Below, piece after piece: positions 44,493 to 56,845 of a stretch of DNA of 64,000 bases. Origin of the DNA: Cyanidioschyzon merolae (Eukaryota). The notes beneath the pieces are model-generated. The model saw only the letters and a list, made by a program, of their open reading frames with translations. It was not told where the DNA came from and ran no database searches. Every line of letters begins with the position of its first letter. Within the stretch, counting starts at the first letter, position 1. The DNA lies in NCBI GenBank assembly GCA_000091205.1, contig AP006489.2. One strand, written 5' to 3'. The translations under genes were made by a program, and so were the position numbers.

Positions 44493-45515
44493 GTCTCTTC
44501 GGCAGGTGAGCGAATCACGGACAAGTGCAGCGCCAGCGCACGTTGGGAACCAGGCTTATTCGCTGGTAGGCTCGCTCGTTGTCGCCTCGGAACAGATGCT
44601 GCAGCTCCGTCTCACCGGTTGACTACAGTCCTCCGGGCACCGTGCAACCTTCCTTTCCAAACAGTGCGTTGCCCGAACCACTTTTACTTGCTAGGCAGTG
44701 CGCTAAAGGCTTCTGCAGAGCTGGCTACCAACGGATGCTATAGACCGACGGCGCCAACTCAGCACCAGGCATCGCTGACGCATCATGCACTCCATCTAGA
44801 CAAACCTGCCACTGCAGCCTGTTGATTGCATGCCGCGGCGTATACACGCACGAGACATATACGCAAGCACCAGCTCATCTGTAGTACTGATGCGTCCATT
44901 GGAAACCTGGTAAGAGTCAACGATTCTGCATCACGAGAAGCTCGTCGTGTGGTATTGTCGGGAAGCGATCCGCTCAGATATGCCTATCGTAGGTAGCATG
45001 GTTTAGCGGCGATACCGCACCGTGGCGCTGCGCGGTGCGTGCAGCAACAGCGCCGCGGCACAAACGCATACGAACGCACTGCGGATCGCGTTTATCATTA
45101 CGTGCATGATGCGCAGCGCCAAACAAGTCTTTCCAAGTTTTCGTTACATGATTACGTCAAAGAGCGTGAGCCGAAGCTTTCGTGGAGTGTGCATATGCAC
45201 CAAGTGTATGCTCGCTGGGTTTTTCTTGAGCGGTCACGTCGCTGGTCAGCGTGCCGAGTCTGGGTGACGACTTTCACGATCTCGCACGTTGCACAGCAGC
45301 GTGTTCAAGTTGGAGAGACTTGCTGGTACTTTCCGTGTGTTTCGGTTGCCGGGCCGGAAAAGAAGCAAGCAGATTGCTCGCGGGCGCCTCGGTATACGCA
45401 ATAGGATCGCGCGCTCAAGTGGCAGCCTCCTCACAGTTAGTCTTCAACCGCGTGCCCTGAAAATTAGAACCCTTTGAGTAGGCGGTATGGAAACGCACAA
45501 AGTTCGATGATGCTC

Positions 45516-46727
45516 CTAGAATGCGTCTGTCGCCCAGAAAACATGTCGGTCCATTTCAGGCAGCGCCTGTTGTCCCGCATCCTGCTCAAGGAGTGCCCGA
45601 TACATATATCCGTGGTCTTCCGTCGTTTCGAGAACTGCCGATGATCCACCGATGAGTGGAAGCAGCGGCGCCGCTAGAACAGCGCAAACTTGACGAACGT
45701 CGGGCGAAACTGCCCTCGCGAGGAATGCATCAAGATAGAGGCCTGCTCGTTTGAGTCCACAAAGTCGAACAACGAACTCTCGCACATGAATGGCGTCTTC
45801 TCGTTTTTGGAGAATCGCGTAGGCTTCTTTCGTACGTGTCTGCAATCGAAAGGGCGTTAGATTCGCGTCATTCCATTCGGTGTCACCGCTTTCCGCCCGC
45901 ACCCATCTCTGCCAGTACGCCGGGTCATCGCGAACGATGCAGCCGTCAAACCTGGATGCGAACTCTGCGTACGCTTCCGAGCAGCGCTGAATTTCCACCT
46001 CGCTCCCCAAGGCCAATGTTTCAATATGATCGCGATGGGAATGTGCAACTTCTCGAACGACACGGACGAATTTTTGTGGGACTGAAATCCATCCAAGAGA
46101 GCGATACAGCGACTCGGAGCTGCTCGTATGCAAAAACGACAGCGCAAAACCAGCAGCTCGCATTCGGGTACTCGCCTCTTCGAGCAGTCGGGACGCAATG
46201 CCCTGTCTCCGGTACGCTGAAGCGACACTTACCTCGCCAATACCAGCCGCAGACACCGCTGATCCCTTGAGATAGACACGTCGTCGGAAGATTCGCAGCG
46301 AGCCAATAAACTTGTCCTGCTCTCCGACAGCGACGAGGATGTCTTCCGACAAACGTTCCACAGCGCCGGGATCGTTTTCGACATGTCTCAGAAAATATGA
46401 ACGAGGAGGCGCGGCAGTTCCCTTCGCGTCTTTGAAAACGCCGTAGACAAATTCCAACCAAGCTTCGAGTTCCTCGGAGCGGAGTCCACGGACTTGGTAG
46501 CTGGCCATGTTTAGTTGTAGCCTAGTCCAGGAACGCGAATAGACTTTCCACGGAGAGACGCGCTTTCGCCGGCACGTGTGTGTTGCCACAACCGGAGCCT
46601 CGCTGGAGGCGTTCACTGAGTGAGCCGCGCGGTAGCCCAGCGTCGTACAGCAGAACGCTGTTCGTGGGCCTCTCGTCTCCCTCATTCCGGTCGCGTCGCC
46701 ACTGGTCAATGTTCTAACCAGTGGCAA
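45516..46727 (-). CDS. GNAT-family N-acetyltransferase (Eis-like two-domain architecture)
   Basis: The GNAT acetyl-CoA motif 'VSVASAYRRQGIASRLLEEA' (R/Q-x-x-G-x-A) follows the N-terminal 'MASYQVRGLRSEELEAWLEFVYGVF'. The ~400-aa length is consistent with Eis/enhanced intracellular survival-type GNATs. Confidence 0.6.
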   Translation of the reverse strand: MPLVRTLTSGDATGMRETRGPRTAFCCTTLGYRAAHSVNASSEAPVVATHTCRRKRVSPWKVYSRSWTRLQLNMASYQVRGLRSEELEAWLEFVYGVFKDAKGTAAPPRSYFLRHVENDPGAVERLSEDILVAVGEQDKFIGSLRIFRRRVYLKGSAVSAAGIGEVSVASAYRRQGIASRLLEEASTRMRAAGFALSFLHTSSSESLYRSLGWISVPQKFVRVVREVAHSHRDHIETLALGSEVEIQRCSEAYAEFASRFDGCIVRDDPAYWQRWVRAESGDTEWNDANLTPFRLQTRTKEAYAILQKREDAIHVREFVVRLCGLKRAGLYLDAFLARAVSPDVRQVCAVLAAPLLPLIGGSSAVLETTEDHGYMYRALLEQDAGQQALPEMDRHVFWATDAF

Positions 46728-46929
46728 GAGTCTTCTACGGCTTTCTAGACCTCATTTCGTGTAGCAGGTTCCACGGCATTGCCTACCTCTGGATTTCGGA
46801 AATCATTGTACAAAAAGACACTTTACCCCCATGTCAGAATATCGTAGAAAGGGTCAACAGCGCTAAGTCGGCGAGCAATGCATAGTTTCGGTTTCTTCTC
46901 TCTATCATCAATACTAGCCATTGCGGGGT

Positions 46930-47870
46930 TTCTCAGCGACAGCTTCCTTTTTTTCCCTCTTGTCTCTGGCTTTAACCAGGTAAGGCTTTCCTTTTCCGTC
47001 AGCTCTATTCTGAGCAGTTGAACGACATGGATGGCATCGTTCAAGTTCAGGTTTCGCGACTTCCAACCGCTGTCGACACGTTTCATGCACAGGCGAAAGT
47101 TGTGATCTACGCTTCGCTTGTCGGTGCCATATTCCTTGGACGCAACTTCGTTGCGCCTCCGTCGGTGATGACATTTGACGTTGGTGAGGTGTTCCTAGAT
47201 GTGCACCACACCTTCTCCTTCGAGGGCAACCCTGTGGTGCATGGACGTTTGCTTCATCACTCGGCACATGCCCTTGACGAGTACAGGAGGCGCCCCGAGT
47301 TCCGTGCTCCTTTTCCGCTCACGGTGCAGAACAATAAGATTTTGGGCTTCTTCTGAGCAATCACCTCAGCGAGTTCGTCGGATGCAGCAAGCGTACGCAT
47401 ACGCCGTTTCATTTGATACAGGATTTGTGGAATGCCATGCTGTCCATGATGAAACAACTACATATAGGATCATCCAGACTAGAGAACAATTCGAGAACAT
47501 TCGATCCGTCTGTTCTCCACTCGTACCGAGCGGTGAAGCACGCTTCATCAAGAGGAATCGCTCGGAAGCGTCAAGTACGAGTCCAAGACCCTTTTCCACG
47601 CAAACAGAAGCGAAGGAAGCCTCTGGGGGCATATACTCGAGTGAGAACATGCTGCACTGGAATGCCGTTTCATTGATGGGCATATAGAGAGGAGTACTCG
47701 TCGTTCGAACGGAATCGATTATATGACGTGACGAGTTCAATGAACTCTCGGCATGAATTTGTGAACAATTCGCCTGATGACGACGTCGAGTTTTTCCCTT
47801 GCTAACCCGGCGATGATGTTGCCCGCACCTACGTGTTGCCGCGAAGCAGAAACATAGAGAACCTAAAGAA
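46930..47870 (+). repeat. Dispersed repeat family, copy C (long form)
   Basis: It shares the ~540-bp core with A, B and D. It also shares ~400 bp of extra upstream similarity with D only ('TCAGCTCTATTCTGAGCAGTTGAACGACATGGATGGCA' against 'TCAGCTTCGTTCTGAACAGTCGAAGGATGTCAATGGCA'). Confidence 0.6.
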
Positions 47871-48646
47871 TGCGGGAACTGGCATGCCAGCCTGTAGCAA
47901 GAAAGAGACGTCGCGACCTCTACATGTGAATAAGCTACTGGTATCGATCAATTTATGAAACCATGTTTGATAGCGGTGCGAATTATCATGATTCTGATGA
48001 TGGAACGAATGCCAGCGGAAAATTGCCGAGGGAGCCTCTCAGGGAAGGCGATTGGAAACCCAGAAGCTACATAGAAACCGCAAGCCCTCATCGATGCACT
48101 TTGATTGCACGGGCTGTTCATATTCAAACAGCTGCTGAAAATTTGGAAAGAAAGGAGCACGGCGAGCAGCTCACTTGTCCATTTTCATATGACATAGGTG
48201 TATGATCAAAACCCACCACTGAAAGACGAGTGATTCCGTTTCAGGAACCTCGCTCATGCGACCGACGCCAGCAAGCTCGCTCGCCCGAAGGCCAGTCTCG
48301 ATCCGGATGACAGGCGTCTCGAGGCGAACCCAAATTTGGCGACGCCCGCTCGATCCACCAGGGCCGACGTGCACGCATGCTCGCCGCTGCTGTACACGTG
48401 TCCCGCACGAGGTGACGCGAGCCAGGGATCCAATCGCCACGCGCATGCCGCGTAGCACCCGTGGATGCGAGGCCCTGCGCTGCTCCGGTCCCGAGCGGGC
48501 AAAAGATCATGGTATGGCTGCTGCTTGGATACGCGTTGAGCTGTAGCAATATCGTTCCGCTTCTTTCGCTCAAATTTTTCAGGTCTCAACGAAAAAGTCT
48601 TCAGTAGAGCTCCGAAGATAAAACGCCAAATTGCGGAAGCAGTCGT

Positions 48647-49258
48647 ATGTATGCAGGAATGCGTCTTAGAGTTGTCGCATTGCTCTTGATGCTCGTCACA
48701 TATCTGTGCGTTCCGAGTGCTGCGCTCGGTGTTGCCGCTGAGGATACGATTCAGGGCTCGCGTACCGTTCTCCGTGCTGCACCGGGCACAGAGTTTCGGA
48801 TTGGTGGCCCTGTCACGATCCAAAACATGACGATCGCTGCAAACTATCTCGTTGGAATCGAGGTGGCGCCAATGCCCCCGGGCATGCCAGATCCAGCGGC
48901 ACAAAATGTTGTGCATTTGGAGGCTGATGTGCACGCCACATCCACGAATCCCTGGGGATTCCCCAATGGATCCTGGATCCCGTACCTGAGCATTGTCTAC
49001 ACGATCAGCAAAGAGGGATCATCCTGGAGCGCCCGGGGTGTTCTCAGCCCTATGACTGCAGATGATGGCCCGCACTACGCCGACAGTCTGACACTTGCGG
49101 GTCCGGGTCGCTATGCGCTCATATACAAGCTCATTCCACCGCAAGTGAATGGTTTTCTAAGACACGTTGATCACGCGACTGGTGTGCCCGACTGGTGGAC
49201 GCCCTTCGAGGTGCCGTTCAACTTCACGTATCCGGTTGAAACAGCGTCAGCATCTTAA
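48647..49258 (+). CDS. P19/Tp34 (FTP-family) cupredoxin-like iron/copper-binding protein with signal peptide
   Basis: A signal peptide 'MRLRVVALLLMLVTYLCVPSAALG'. The mature region 'HLEADVHATSTNPWGFPNGSWIPYLSIVYTI...LSPMTADDGPHYADSLTL...GFLRHVDHATGVPDWWTPFEVPFNFTYP' is collinear with Campylobacter P19 'HLEADIHALKNNPNGFPEGFWMPYLTIAYEL...LMPMVADDGPHYGANIAM...GFGRHVDEETGVGKWFEPFKVDYKFKY'. Confidence 0.75.
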   Translation: MYAGMRLRVVALLLMLVTYLCVPSAALGVAAEDTIQGSRTVLRAAPGTEFRIGGPVTIQNMTIAANYLVGIEVAPMPPGMPDPAAQNVVHLEADVHATSTNPWGFPNGSWIPYLSIVYTISKEGSSWSARGVLSPMTADDGPHYADSLTLAGPGRYALIYKLIPPQVNGFLRHVDHATGVPDWWTPFEVPFNFTYPVETASAS

Positions 49259-51219
49259 AACAATGGATTTCGAATGGAAGGATATCAACCTTAGTTCAAA
49301 GGGATAAGCATGCGATGCAGCGTTATCCGGCGCGTAAATCCTGAACGCGTTTCGTCCACAGTGCCAATGACTTCCGAAAGGATTCCCCGTGGTGGCCTGT
49401 TCGATGTGTAACATAAATGAACTGTGGAAGATGCCCCGGCACCGAGGCGCGCCAAATCACCAAACACCAACAAAACCGTCAACACCATGCCGTTCCTTGC
49501 GGGCAGCGGTCAACGAGGCACCACAACTATGGTGTCATAGCGGGAGCTACGTCGCGTTCAACGGTGCACGCACGAAAAAATATTCGGGCAAAAATGGATA
49601 GAGCTGTGGTGGAATGCCTGTTCAGGTACCGGCTCCATCTCGCACGGAAGGTACAACCAGAAAAGAAACTCTGGCAAGGCTCCCATGACATAAAGACGTA
49701 CAGGGGAATTGCTACTGCGCCCATGGTATCACTTGTAGCGCCGCCAGATTCCAGAGCGCGAGGCACGAGGGTTACCAGCATAGCCTGACTGTAGTCTCCG
49801 TGGCATCTATCGTGAGCGCGCCACAGCTCGTAAACCTTTAAACCCTGATACGATGCATGGGACCAAACACAAGTGCGCTACGGCGTCATTGTATCAAAGA
49901 GTTCAGACACTCATCAAAGTTCGCCTGTGCAAATGCAGATCACATGCTCGGATGTCGAACCGCGTGCTCGACCGTCTGAAGAGCACTGCTTTCTTCCACG
50001 AAATGCGCTGAAGCATTTAAACCTTTGCGAGTAGCTTCCGCGGCCCGATGCGCCCCAGGATCAAGACGATGACGCACTACGCTCCGGGCCGCTGCAACCT
50101 ACGTATATAACTAGGGCAGGCGATGCGGCACACGGCAATGTCAACATCCCTTGAGCCGACGCCCTCTGTGGTACGGCAACGCCGTTGTGTCTCCGTGCAG
50201 CGACCGCACCGGTGCTATAGGCGCTATTGCTGTCGCTTTCGGCAGGCTCGGCACTCGATAGGACGTATGTAGCGACCAGAATATCCGAGACGAGGTATAG
50301 GTAATGTATCTTGGAGGTAGGGCGTTTGATGGATACCTCACCTCGCACTGAAAAAGACACAAAAAAGTAAGAAAAGAAAAATGCGCATAATCGGAGAACG
50401 CTGGCCTAAGTAACCGTTTTGTCAATGAAAACGTCAACATCCGCCTCCCTGCCGGCATCTATCGATCATGTCTGGTACAGCATCGTTGGCACCAGTTCTC
50501 CATGGAAATAAATCAAAGAATGATGATCCGGGAGCAAAGGCATCTGGGTCTTTCCTCAACGGATGCCGGGGCGGTAACGTCACCAAGCTCCAGCGGCAGA
50601 TACCGCGAGTGCATGCCGCAGCCGCATTAGAATGCTGTGCGAGCTGCGCAAAGTCACGAGGAGCCCTGGCAATCGACGCGCATGCTACCAACGCCGCACC
50701 TAGAGTTGCGGTGCAGTCAAGGCTCGGGAAACTTTGATTCGGCACTCTTGTTGCGCGGTATGACATTGGTGCTGTCGTGCCGGATGCATCACGACATCGA
50801 TGCGGGAATGCGTCATGCATCTGCAAGTTCGACGCTCGCGTCAAGCACAGCGCCAGGCTTTTGATAGTGAGTCGAGGCGCTTCTGGAGCGAACAATGGTT
50901 TTTTTTCTGTGAATAAATGAGCTGCTAGTTGCGTATATCGATGTGAATCGGAGCGCGCCATTCGCGGAACGCATGGTCAGCGTCTATGCTCCCAGTTCAC
51001 GCAGATGCTGATCCATAGTTATACATATATCTACATATATGAATCGTTTCGTGGATGAATACGGTTTGAGGCGGCATGCGCTGCAGCATCGCGTCGCACG
51101 CCTCTGTCCTGGCACCAACACTGGCGCAACTCTGTTCGCCATACCGTTGTGCTGTACTGACAGCTCCGCCGCGGGCGTCTACGAGCGTGACTGAGTCGCA
51201 CCGCTGCCGTGTATAACGC

Positions 51220-52578
51220 TTGCATCGAGACATGGTCAACACGGCGACCACAGAGTCGGCTCGACCCGAGTCGAGAGCGATTACTGCGGCGGAGCTCCCC
51301 GCGAAGCTTGAACAACTGCGCGCTGAAGCAGAGACCGGTGGCGACACGAAGCCCGTCATAGAGGCCCTGTACGCGTTGGAAAAGAAGTTCCGTTTGGCCG
51401 ATGATGCGAACGCTACAGCGCTGGTAGCTACTGAGATCGTTCGTCTTGCCTGGCAGCAAGGCCGAGTGCCCGCACTCGTAGAGCACCTGCGACTGCTCAG
51501 CCGTCGTCGGGCGCAGCTCAAGCAGGTTGTTGCGACGATCGTGCGCGAGGGAATGCAGTACCTCGATCGAATAAAAGATGTTGCGGAGAAACGTGAGCTG
51601 TTGGAAGTGCTGCGCGATATATCCATGGGGAAACTGTTCCTGGAACTGGAGCGTGCGCGTCTCACCAGAATGCTAGCCGAGCTCATGGAGCAAGCCGGAG
51701 ATATTAGTGGTGCCGGGCGTGTGCTGAACGAACTCCAGATTGAAACATTCGGAAGCATGGAGCGTCAGGAAAAATGGACTTTTATGCTGGAGCAGATCAG
51801 GCTCTGCCTTGATCTCGAGGACACTGTTCGCGCGCAGATTATTGCGAACAAGTTCACAGCCCGAACACTGGTCGACGAGGAGTTCAGGAAGAGCCCCATC
51901 AAGACTAGGTATTATATGCTGATGATTCGACTGTATACAATGCAGCAGCGTTTGAAGCTCGCGGACGACACCCGTTTCATTGATATTGCCAGGGCATACC
52001 TTGCGCTTGGGGAGGAATTCCTGGGCAACGCGGCGCTGTATACGATCCTTGCTCCCCGGAACCATGAGCAACACGATCTGCTGCATCGATTGTCCCAACG
52101 TCAGCCATTGCTCGAGAACAAATCACCGCTCCGTATATATGGCGAACTCCTGTCACTGTTCCGGATCGAAGAGCTTATCCGCTGGCCAATCTTCGTTCAA
52201 TCATACCGCAGTGCGCTGGAGGAGAAGCACCCGGACTTGAACTGGTTGTACTTGCAACGCCGTGTTCACGAGCACAATCTGCGAGTGATCGCCAAATATT
52301 ACCGACGGATTCATTTGTCTCGTTTGGCTGCGCTTATGGAAGTCGATGAGGATACCGTGGAAGATCTGCTCTGCGATGAGATAACGAGTGGACGGATATG
52401 GGGCCGCATCGATCGTATCGATGGTATCGTGAGTTTTCAAAGGGAACGAAAACCAGAGGAGATTGTCTCTGAATGGGCGCAAAACGTCGACGAGGTGCTC
52501 GCTTCTGTGGACCGTCTCGATGAGTTGGTGAACAAGGAACGTCAGCAACGGGCGGTGCCTACGAGCGGTACGAGCTGA
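51220..52578 (+). CDS. PSMD12: 26S proteasome regulatory subunit RPN5 (PSMD12), PCI domain
   Basis: 'LLSRRRAQLKQVVATIV', 'ERARLTRMLAELMEQAGDISGAGRVLNELQIETFGSMERQEKWTFMLEQIRLCL', 'HNLRVIAKYYRRIHLSRLAALMEVDEDTVEDLL' and 'IDGIVSFQRERKPEEIVSEWAQNVDEVL' are collinear with human PSMD12. Confidence 0.9.
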   Translation: MHRDMVNTATTESARPESRAITAAELPAKLEQLRAEAETGGDTKPVIEALYALEKKFRLADDANATALVATEIVRLAWQQGRVPALVEHLRLLSRRRAQLKQVVATIVREGMQYLDRIKDVAEKRELLEVLRDISMGKLFLELERARLTRMLAELMEQAGDISGAGRVLNELQIETFGSMERQEKWTFMLEQIRLCLDLEDTVRAQIIANKFTARTLVDEEFRKSPIKTRYYMLMIRLYTMQQRLKLADDTRFIDIARAYLALGEEFLGNAALYTILAPRNHEQHDLLHRLSQRQPLLENKSPLRIYGELLSLFRIEELIRWPIFVQSYRSALEEKHPDLNWLYLQRRVHEHNLRVIAKYYRRIHLSRLAALMEVDEDTVEDLLCDEITSGRIWGRIDRIDGIVSFQRERKPEEIVSEWAQNVDEVLASVDRLDELVNKERQQRAVPTSGTS

Positions 52579-52899
52579 AACGCACTGCATCGTTTCATGC
52601 GTGTTGAAAACGCTCTGAGGAGCATTGGCATCAGGCATCTGGCTTACGTATCCCAGAATACATGCATCGTCTACGAAATCGACCTGGCGTCATGGAGTGT
52701 CCATCGAACTCGCGGCAGTCCAGTGTGCTGGATCCAGGAAGAAATGCATAGCACCAGGTCGAGAAGCTGTTGTTGTTGTTGTTGACATCAATCTGAGTCC
52801 ATGTCAGAGTGAAATGTACGAGGTCCTCTATTTCGGTCGTACGCAATAATGTTGGGGTCTATTCACGCTGTCATGAACACCAGACACTGTAGTATTTTT

Positions 52900-53850
52900 C
52901 TGCGGCTGCTTCGCGTATCTCGCTCCTTTATTCGGCTTTAAAAACGCTGGTCTCGCCTGTCCTTTCAGCTTCGTTCTGAACAGTCGAAGGATGTCAATGG
53001 CAGGATTACAATCCGGATTTTACAGTTTGCGGCTGCTGTTGACGCATTTCATTAACAGACAAAAATTGCTATTGACGCTTCGCTTGTTATTGTCATCCTC
53101 TTCGTATCCACCCTCGGTACGCCCTTCGATGCATTGACACACGACTATGATGCGTTTTTTTCGTATGTGTGTACGGAACCTCTCCTCCTCGAACGCTACG
53201 CTGTGAAACGTGGACGCTTCGTGTATCGCTCGAAACATGCGCTTGGCGGATACAGAAGGCCCTCATCGATACCATCCGTCGTTTTTGCACCTGGTGCTGT
53301 GTCCTACGATCATAGGCTTCTTCTGAGAAATGCCCTCGGCGAGTACGCTGTCCGCCGCTCACGCAAGCACGCGCTGTTCCATTCGACAGAGGATCTGTGG
53401 AACGCGAGATTGTCCATGAAAGGAAAATTACCCTATGGAAAATCCACACTGGAGATCAAACCGAGAAATATCGATTCGTCTACGCGACCCACTTGCAAAA
53501 AAAGTACCGCGTTATCCACTGGTAGCGATTACTGCGATGGCTCAAGTCCGAGTCCATGGCCCTTTACGATGCGGACGGGCGACAAAGAGCCCTCTGGGAG
53601 CATATCCCATCATATGGATCATGCTCACGTCGAATGCATTCTCGATGATACTCCCATAGAGGCGAGGATTTGGCATTCGAACGGAATCCATTCTTTAAAG
53701 TTGCGTATTCAGCAATCGCTCGGCATGGGCTCGTAAAGAAGTCGTCGAGGGGCGACGTCGAGATTCTTTCCTCGTCAATCCACTGGCGCGAATTGCAACG
53801 TGTATGATTAGTTAATGAAAAGAAAAATCGAGTTATTGAAGTATGCGTGA
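52900..53850 (+). repeat. Dispersed repeat family, copy D (long form)
   Basis: See copies A-C. 'ATCATAGGCTTCTTCTGAGAAATGCCCTCGGCGAGTACG...GGATCTGTGGAACGCGAGATTGTCCATGAAAGG...TTCCTCGTCAATCCACTGGCGCGAATTGCAACG'. Confidence 0.6.
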
Positions 53851-55274
53851 TTTGAGCATGTTCGCTGTCAGGAACTGGGAGGCGTGCAGGTTAGCGCATA
53901 TAAACTGGATAGTCGTATCTGCCGCTTTACGAACCATTGTTCGAGGGCTTCGCGAATGTTCTTCACTCCGGTGAGATAACGCATTCCATTGGTGACATGT
54001 TTTAGGCACTTCTACGGAGCGAAGACCAAGAATCCTCAACAGTACTTACGGACCCGTAAACCCATATTGGAGTACTTCGATTGTCGAGGCTGTATATCTT
54101 GAGGAAAAATCACCCGGAAAAATAATCGAGATACAAGAAGCGAGCGATCAGTCTAGTGTTCCATTTTACTCTGACACGGGTGTCGTACCCTGCGACTTTT
54201 CTGATGACTGAGATTTCGGTGACTGCTCGCGAAAACGCGTCCGATTTCAGGGCAACTAGACATATCTTCGGAGTAAATCGAAGCCGCAGGCTATGGTCGA
54301 CTAGCGAGAACAGTCTCGTGCGTCACGCACGTGATAGACACCGGGGAATGACCGAAAACCAGAGGCGCTTCCGTGCCCGCTGCTCCCTCGCTGGATGAAG
54401 TCCATGCAAAATCCTGCTTCCAAAGCAAAACCTTTGACAACAGATATGCATCTCAACCTCTTTCTTCTGAGTTTCCGGATTTCACACTGCTTATTGCTGG
54501 GTCACAAAGCGCTCTGCCAACTTCTTTCCCTCAAACGCCATCGTCCGCACCAAGGCCACACAAGTTCGCTCGTACCGATTCCGGCCTGTTCTCGACATGC
54601 CTCGTTCTTCCTCATCGGTACCGAGCTTAAAATTCGTTGCCTGTAGCACCGTCTTCATGTCTGCGGAAACAGTTCCTCGGGTTGCGAGGCAGTGTGAGCG
54701 CCCATGGCCTGCATTCAAGTCAAACCGAATGCATTATCCAAGTACGATGTACGCATGCGTTTCATGCTCATGTGCGCTATGCTTGACCGATCCCCGGGAC
54801 GCTTTAGTTTTTGAACCATCCTGGAGACGCTATGACGCCAGGCGATTCCCGCTGCAACCCTGGGACGACGGTTACCAAGTCCCGTCTCGTGGCCACTACA
54901 GAGGCTGCGGGCTCTACGAAGCCAATTCTCACTGCTGTGCGGTGTGTGAAACAATCTTTGCTTCGGTCCAGTGTCGCTCGAGTAGTTCTCTGCCGCCATT
55001 GGACCTATTTATGCGATCGAAAGTCCGTACCGAACCGGATTTGTTTTGCACGGAAAGCGCCGGTCTTGAGGTAAGTTTACCGTCCTGATGCTGTCCTCAT
55101 TTCCTGGGTCGCAGCTGCAGAACAACCCCGAAAAGCACATGTCTCTCTCTTTAGCGAGCCGTGAACGCTCTAAACTTGTCCATTAAAGCAAGAGTAGCTC
55201 GAACCGGTCAAACGTACATCCCAACAGTGCAAGCGCGACGCAATGCATAGGCGAGCCGCTGGCTGCTAGGTAGC

Positions 55275-55946
55275 GTGCGCAGTAAACAGCAGCGACTGGC
55301 AATAAAGGCCGCAGCGTTTCCCACGTCGCACTTTTTGGACACGGGAGCGCACCAGCGACCAAGGCACTCAGCTGCAGGAACGAAGCGGATGCTTCGAGTG
55401 CTTCGCAGGTCTTCGAGTTTCAACCTGGTCGGGCCTTTCCCGGCTGCGATCCGGCCGAGGCTGGGTGTTCGGGAACAGAGCGGCGCGGCCAGTTATGTGG
55501 AAAGCCTCACGCAGCTGGGTCGCAAAGTGACACTGCCCAAGTCACCGTCGGAAGCTGTTCTTGAGAAAGTTGCAAACATGCACGAGAATTACCCTTACGT
55601 GACGCGCTTCACCTGCCCCGAGTTCACGTCGCTCTGTCCTCTTACAGGGCAACCGGACTTTTGTCATATGGTAATAGACTATGTGCCAGACAAGTGGCTC
55701 GTGGAGAGCAAATCGCTAAAGTTGTATTTACATTCGTTTCGTAATCACGGAGACTTCCACGAGGCATGCACTATTGGTATTGCCCGTAGGCTCACGACGG
55801 AACTAGAACCCAAGTGGCTGCGCATCGCGGGCTACTGGTATCCGCGTGGTGGCATTCCAATCGATGTCTTCTACCAGACGGGGGAGCCACCAAAAGGTCT
55901 CTGGATACCCGATACAGGTGTTCAGCCGTATCGCGGTAGAGGCTGA
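55275..55946 (+). CDS. queF: NADPH-dependent 7-cyano-7-deazaguanine (preQ0) reductase QueF, unimodular bacterial type, with N-terminal extension
   Basis: '[68 protein letters not shown]...[13 protein letters not shown]' is collinear with B. subtilis QueF '[67 protein letters not shown]...FTPRGGISIDPY'. The catalytic Cys and the E(S)K(S)LKLY QueF motif are present. The listed start is GTG, and the true start is probably the ATG at 55389 ([11 protein letters not shown], Arg-rich presequence-like). Confidence 0.8.
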   Translation: MRSKQQRLAIKAAAFPTSHFLDTGAHQRPRHSAAGTKRMLRVLRRSSSFNLVGPFPAAIRPRLGVREQSGAASYVESLTQLGRKVTLPKSPSEAVLEKVANMHENYPYVTRFTCPEFTSLCPLTGQPDFCHMVIDYVPDKWLVESKSLKLYLHSFRNHGDFHEACTIGIARRLTTELEPKWLRIAGYWYPRGGIPIDVFYQTGEPPKGLWIPDTGVQPYRGRG

Positions 55947-56689
55947 ACTGCAGCGGCATTTGTCTCGTGTCGGATGCAAGTCCGTGATGGATGCGTTTCA
56001 GGCGATGCAGAAGAGAGCAGACAGCCCAGAAACGAAACTCGAGAGAAGCCCAGCGACCAGCGGAATCATCTCATTCACGCACATATTTCTTAGTGTGCAG
56101 GTTGGGTTAGGTTTCAGCAAAAATCATTCAAGTATCTACGTATCTAGCGAGAAACATAGAGTCGCATGAAGCGCACACTGCGTGCTCGCGCTGCTCAACG
56201 AGCTTGAGCAAGATATCTCCATGTGGAAGCGCATTCACTTTGCCGCAGCGAGCAGTAAACGTGCAGACAGAAACTTGCCGGTGCGTCGCCCGCAACGACT
56301 TCGCTCCGCCGAACAACCCGAGTGCATCGCTCACAGCGCCAGATGCCGCTCAAGCGTTCGAACTGGAACGGCGCCTGCGCTCTCCAGGTGCAAAATGCTA
56401 GACCCGGGATCGTTTTCTTGGTCCAGTCGCATAGAGACGGGAACTCGTGTCTCAGCTTATATTAATGATACCGTATTCAATCGCCGCATGCTTCTACGGG
56501 AAGCGTTCTTTTATCAGAGCTTGAAAAGACGCACCCATCATAGACTCGCCTGCACTCCATGATGAAGTACCGCTTCTGGCGAGGAGGGATGCAGGCTCGC
56601 GCGTTCCGCGAAATAATTCCAGTACTTCAGTTCTGGCGAGTATACTTCCAATAAACAACTTCGCGTAAGTATCGCACATACGCATCAGG

Positions 56690-56845
56690 AGCGTCATCAT
56701 CATCATCAGCGTTACTATCACCACCTTGGACATGTTGCCAATGTATTCATTCTCGTGTGTGTAGCGAATGCGCATTACGGTCACCATCGCCATCACCACC
56801 ACCATCATCAGCAGCAGCAGCAGGAGCAGCAGCAGCAATGATGTG
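56690..56845. repeat. Imperfect trinucleotide tract (CAT/CAC/CAG)n
   Basis: 'catcatcatcatcagcg...caccaccaccatcatcagcagcagcagcaggagcagcagcagcaatgatg'. It creates a spurious poly-L/M ORF on the minus strand (56494..57036). Confidence 0.8.

Noticed and set aside
50997-51758. 253-aa minus-strand ORF
   Set aside because: It lies antisense across the 5' half of the strongly supported RPN5/PSMD12 gene. It is Ser/Arg/Ala-rich, as is typical of GC-rich antisense frames.
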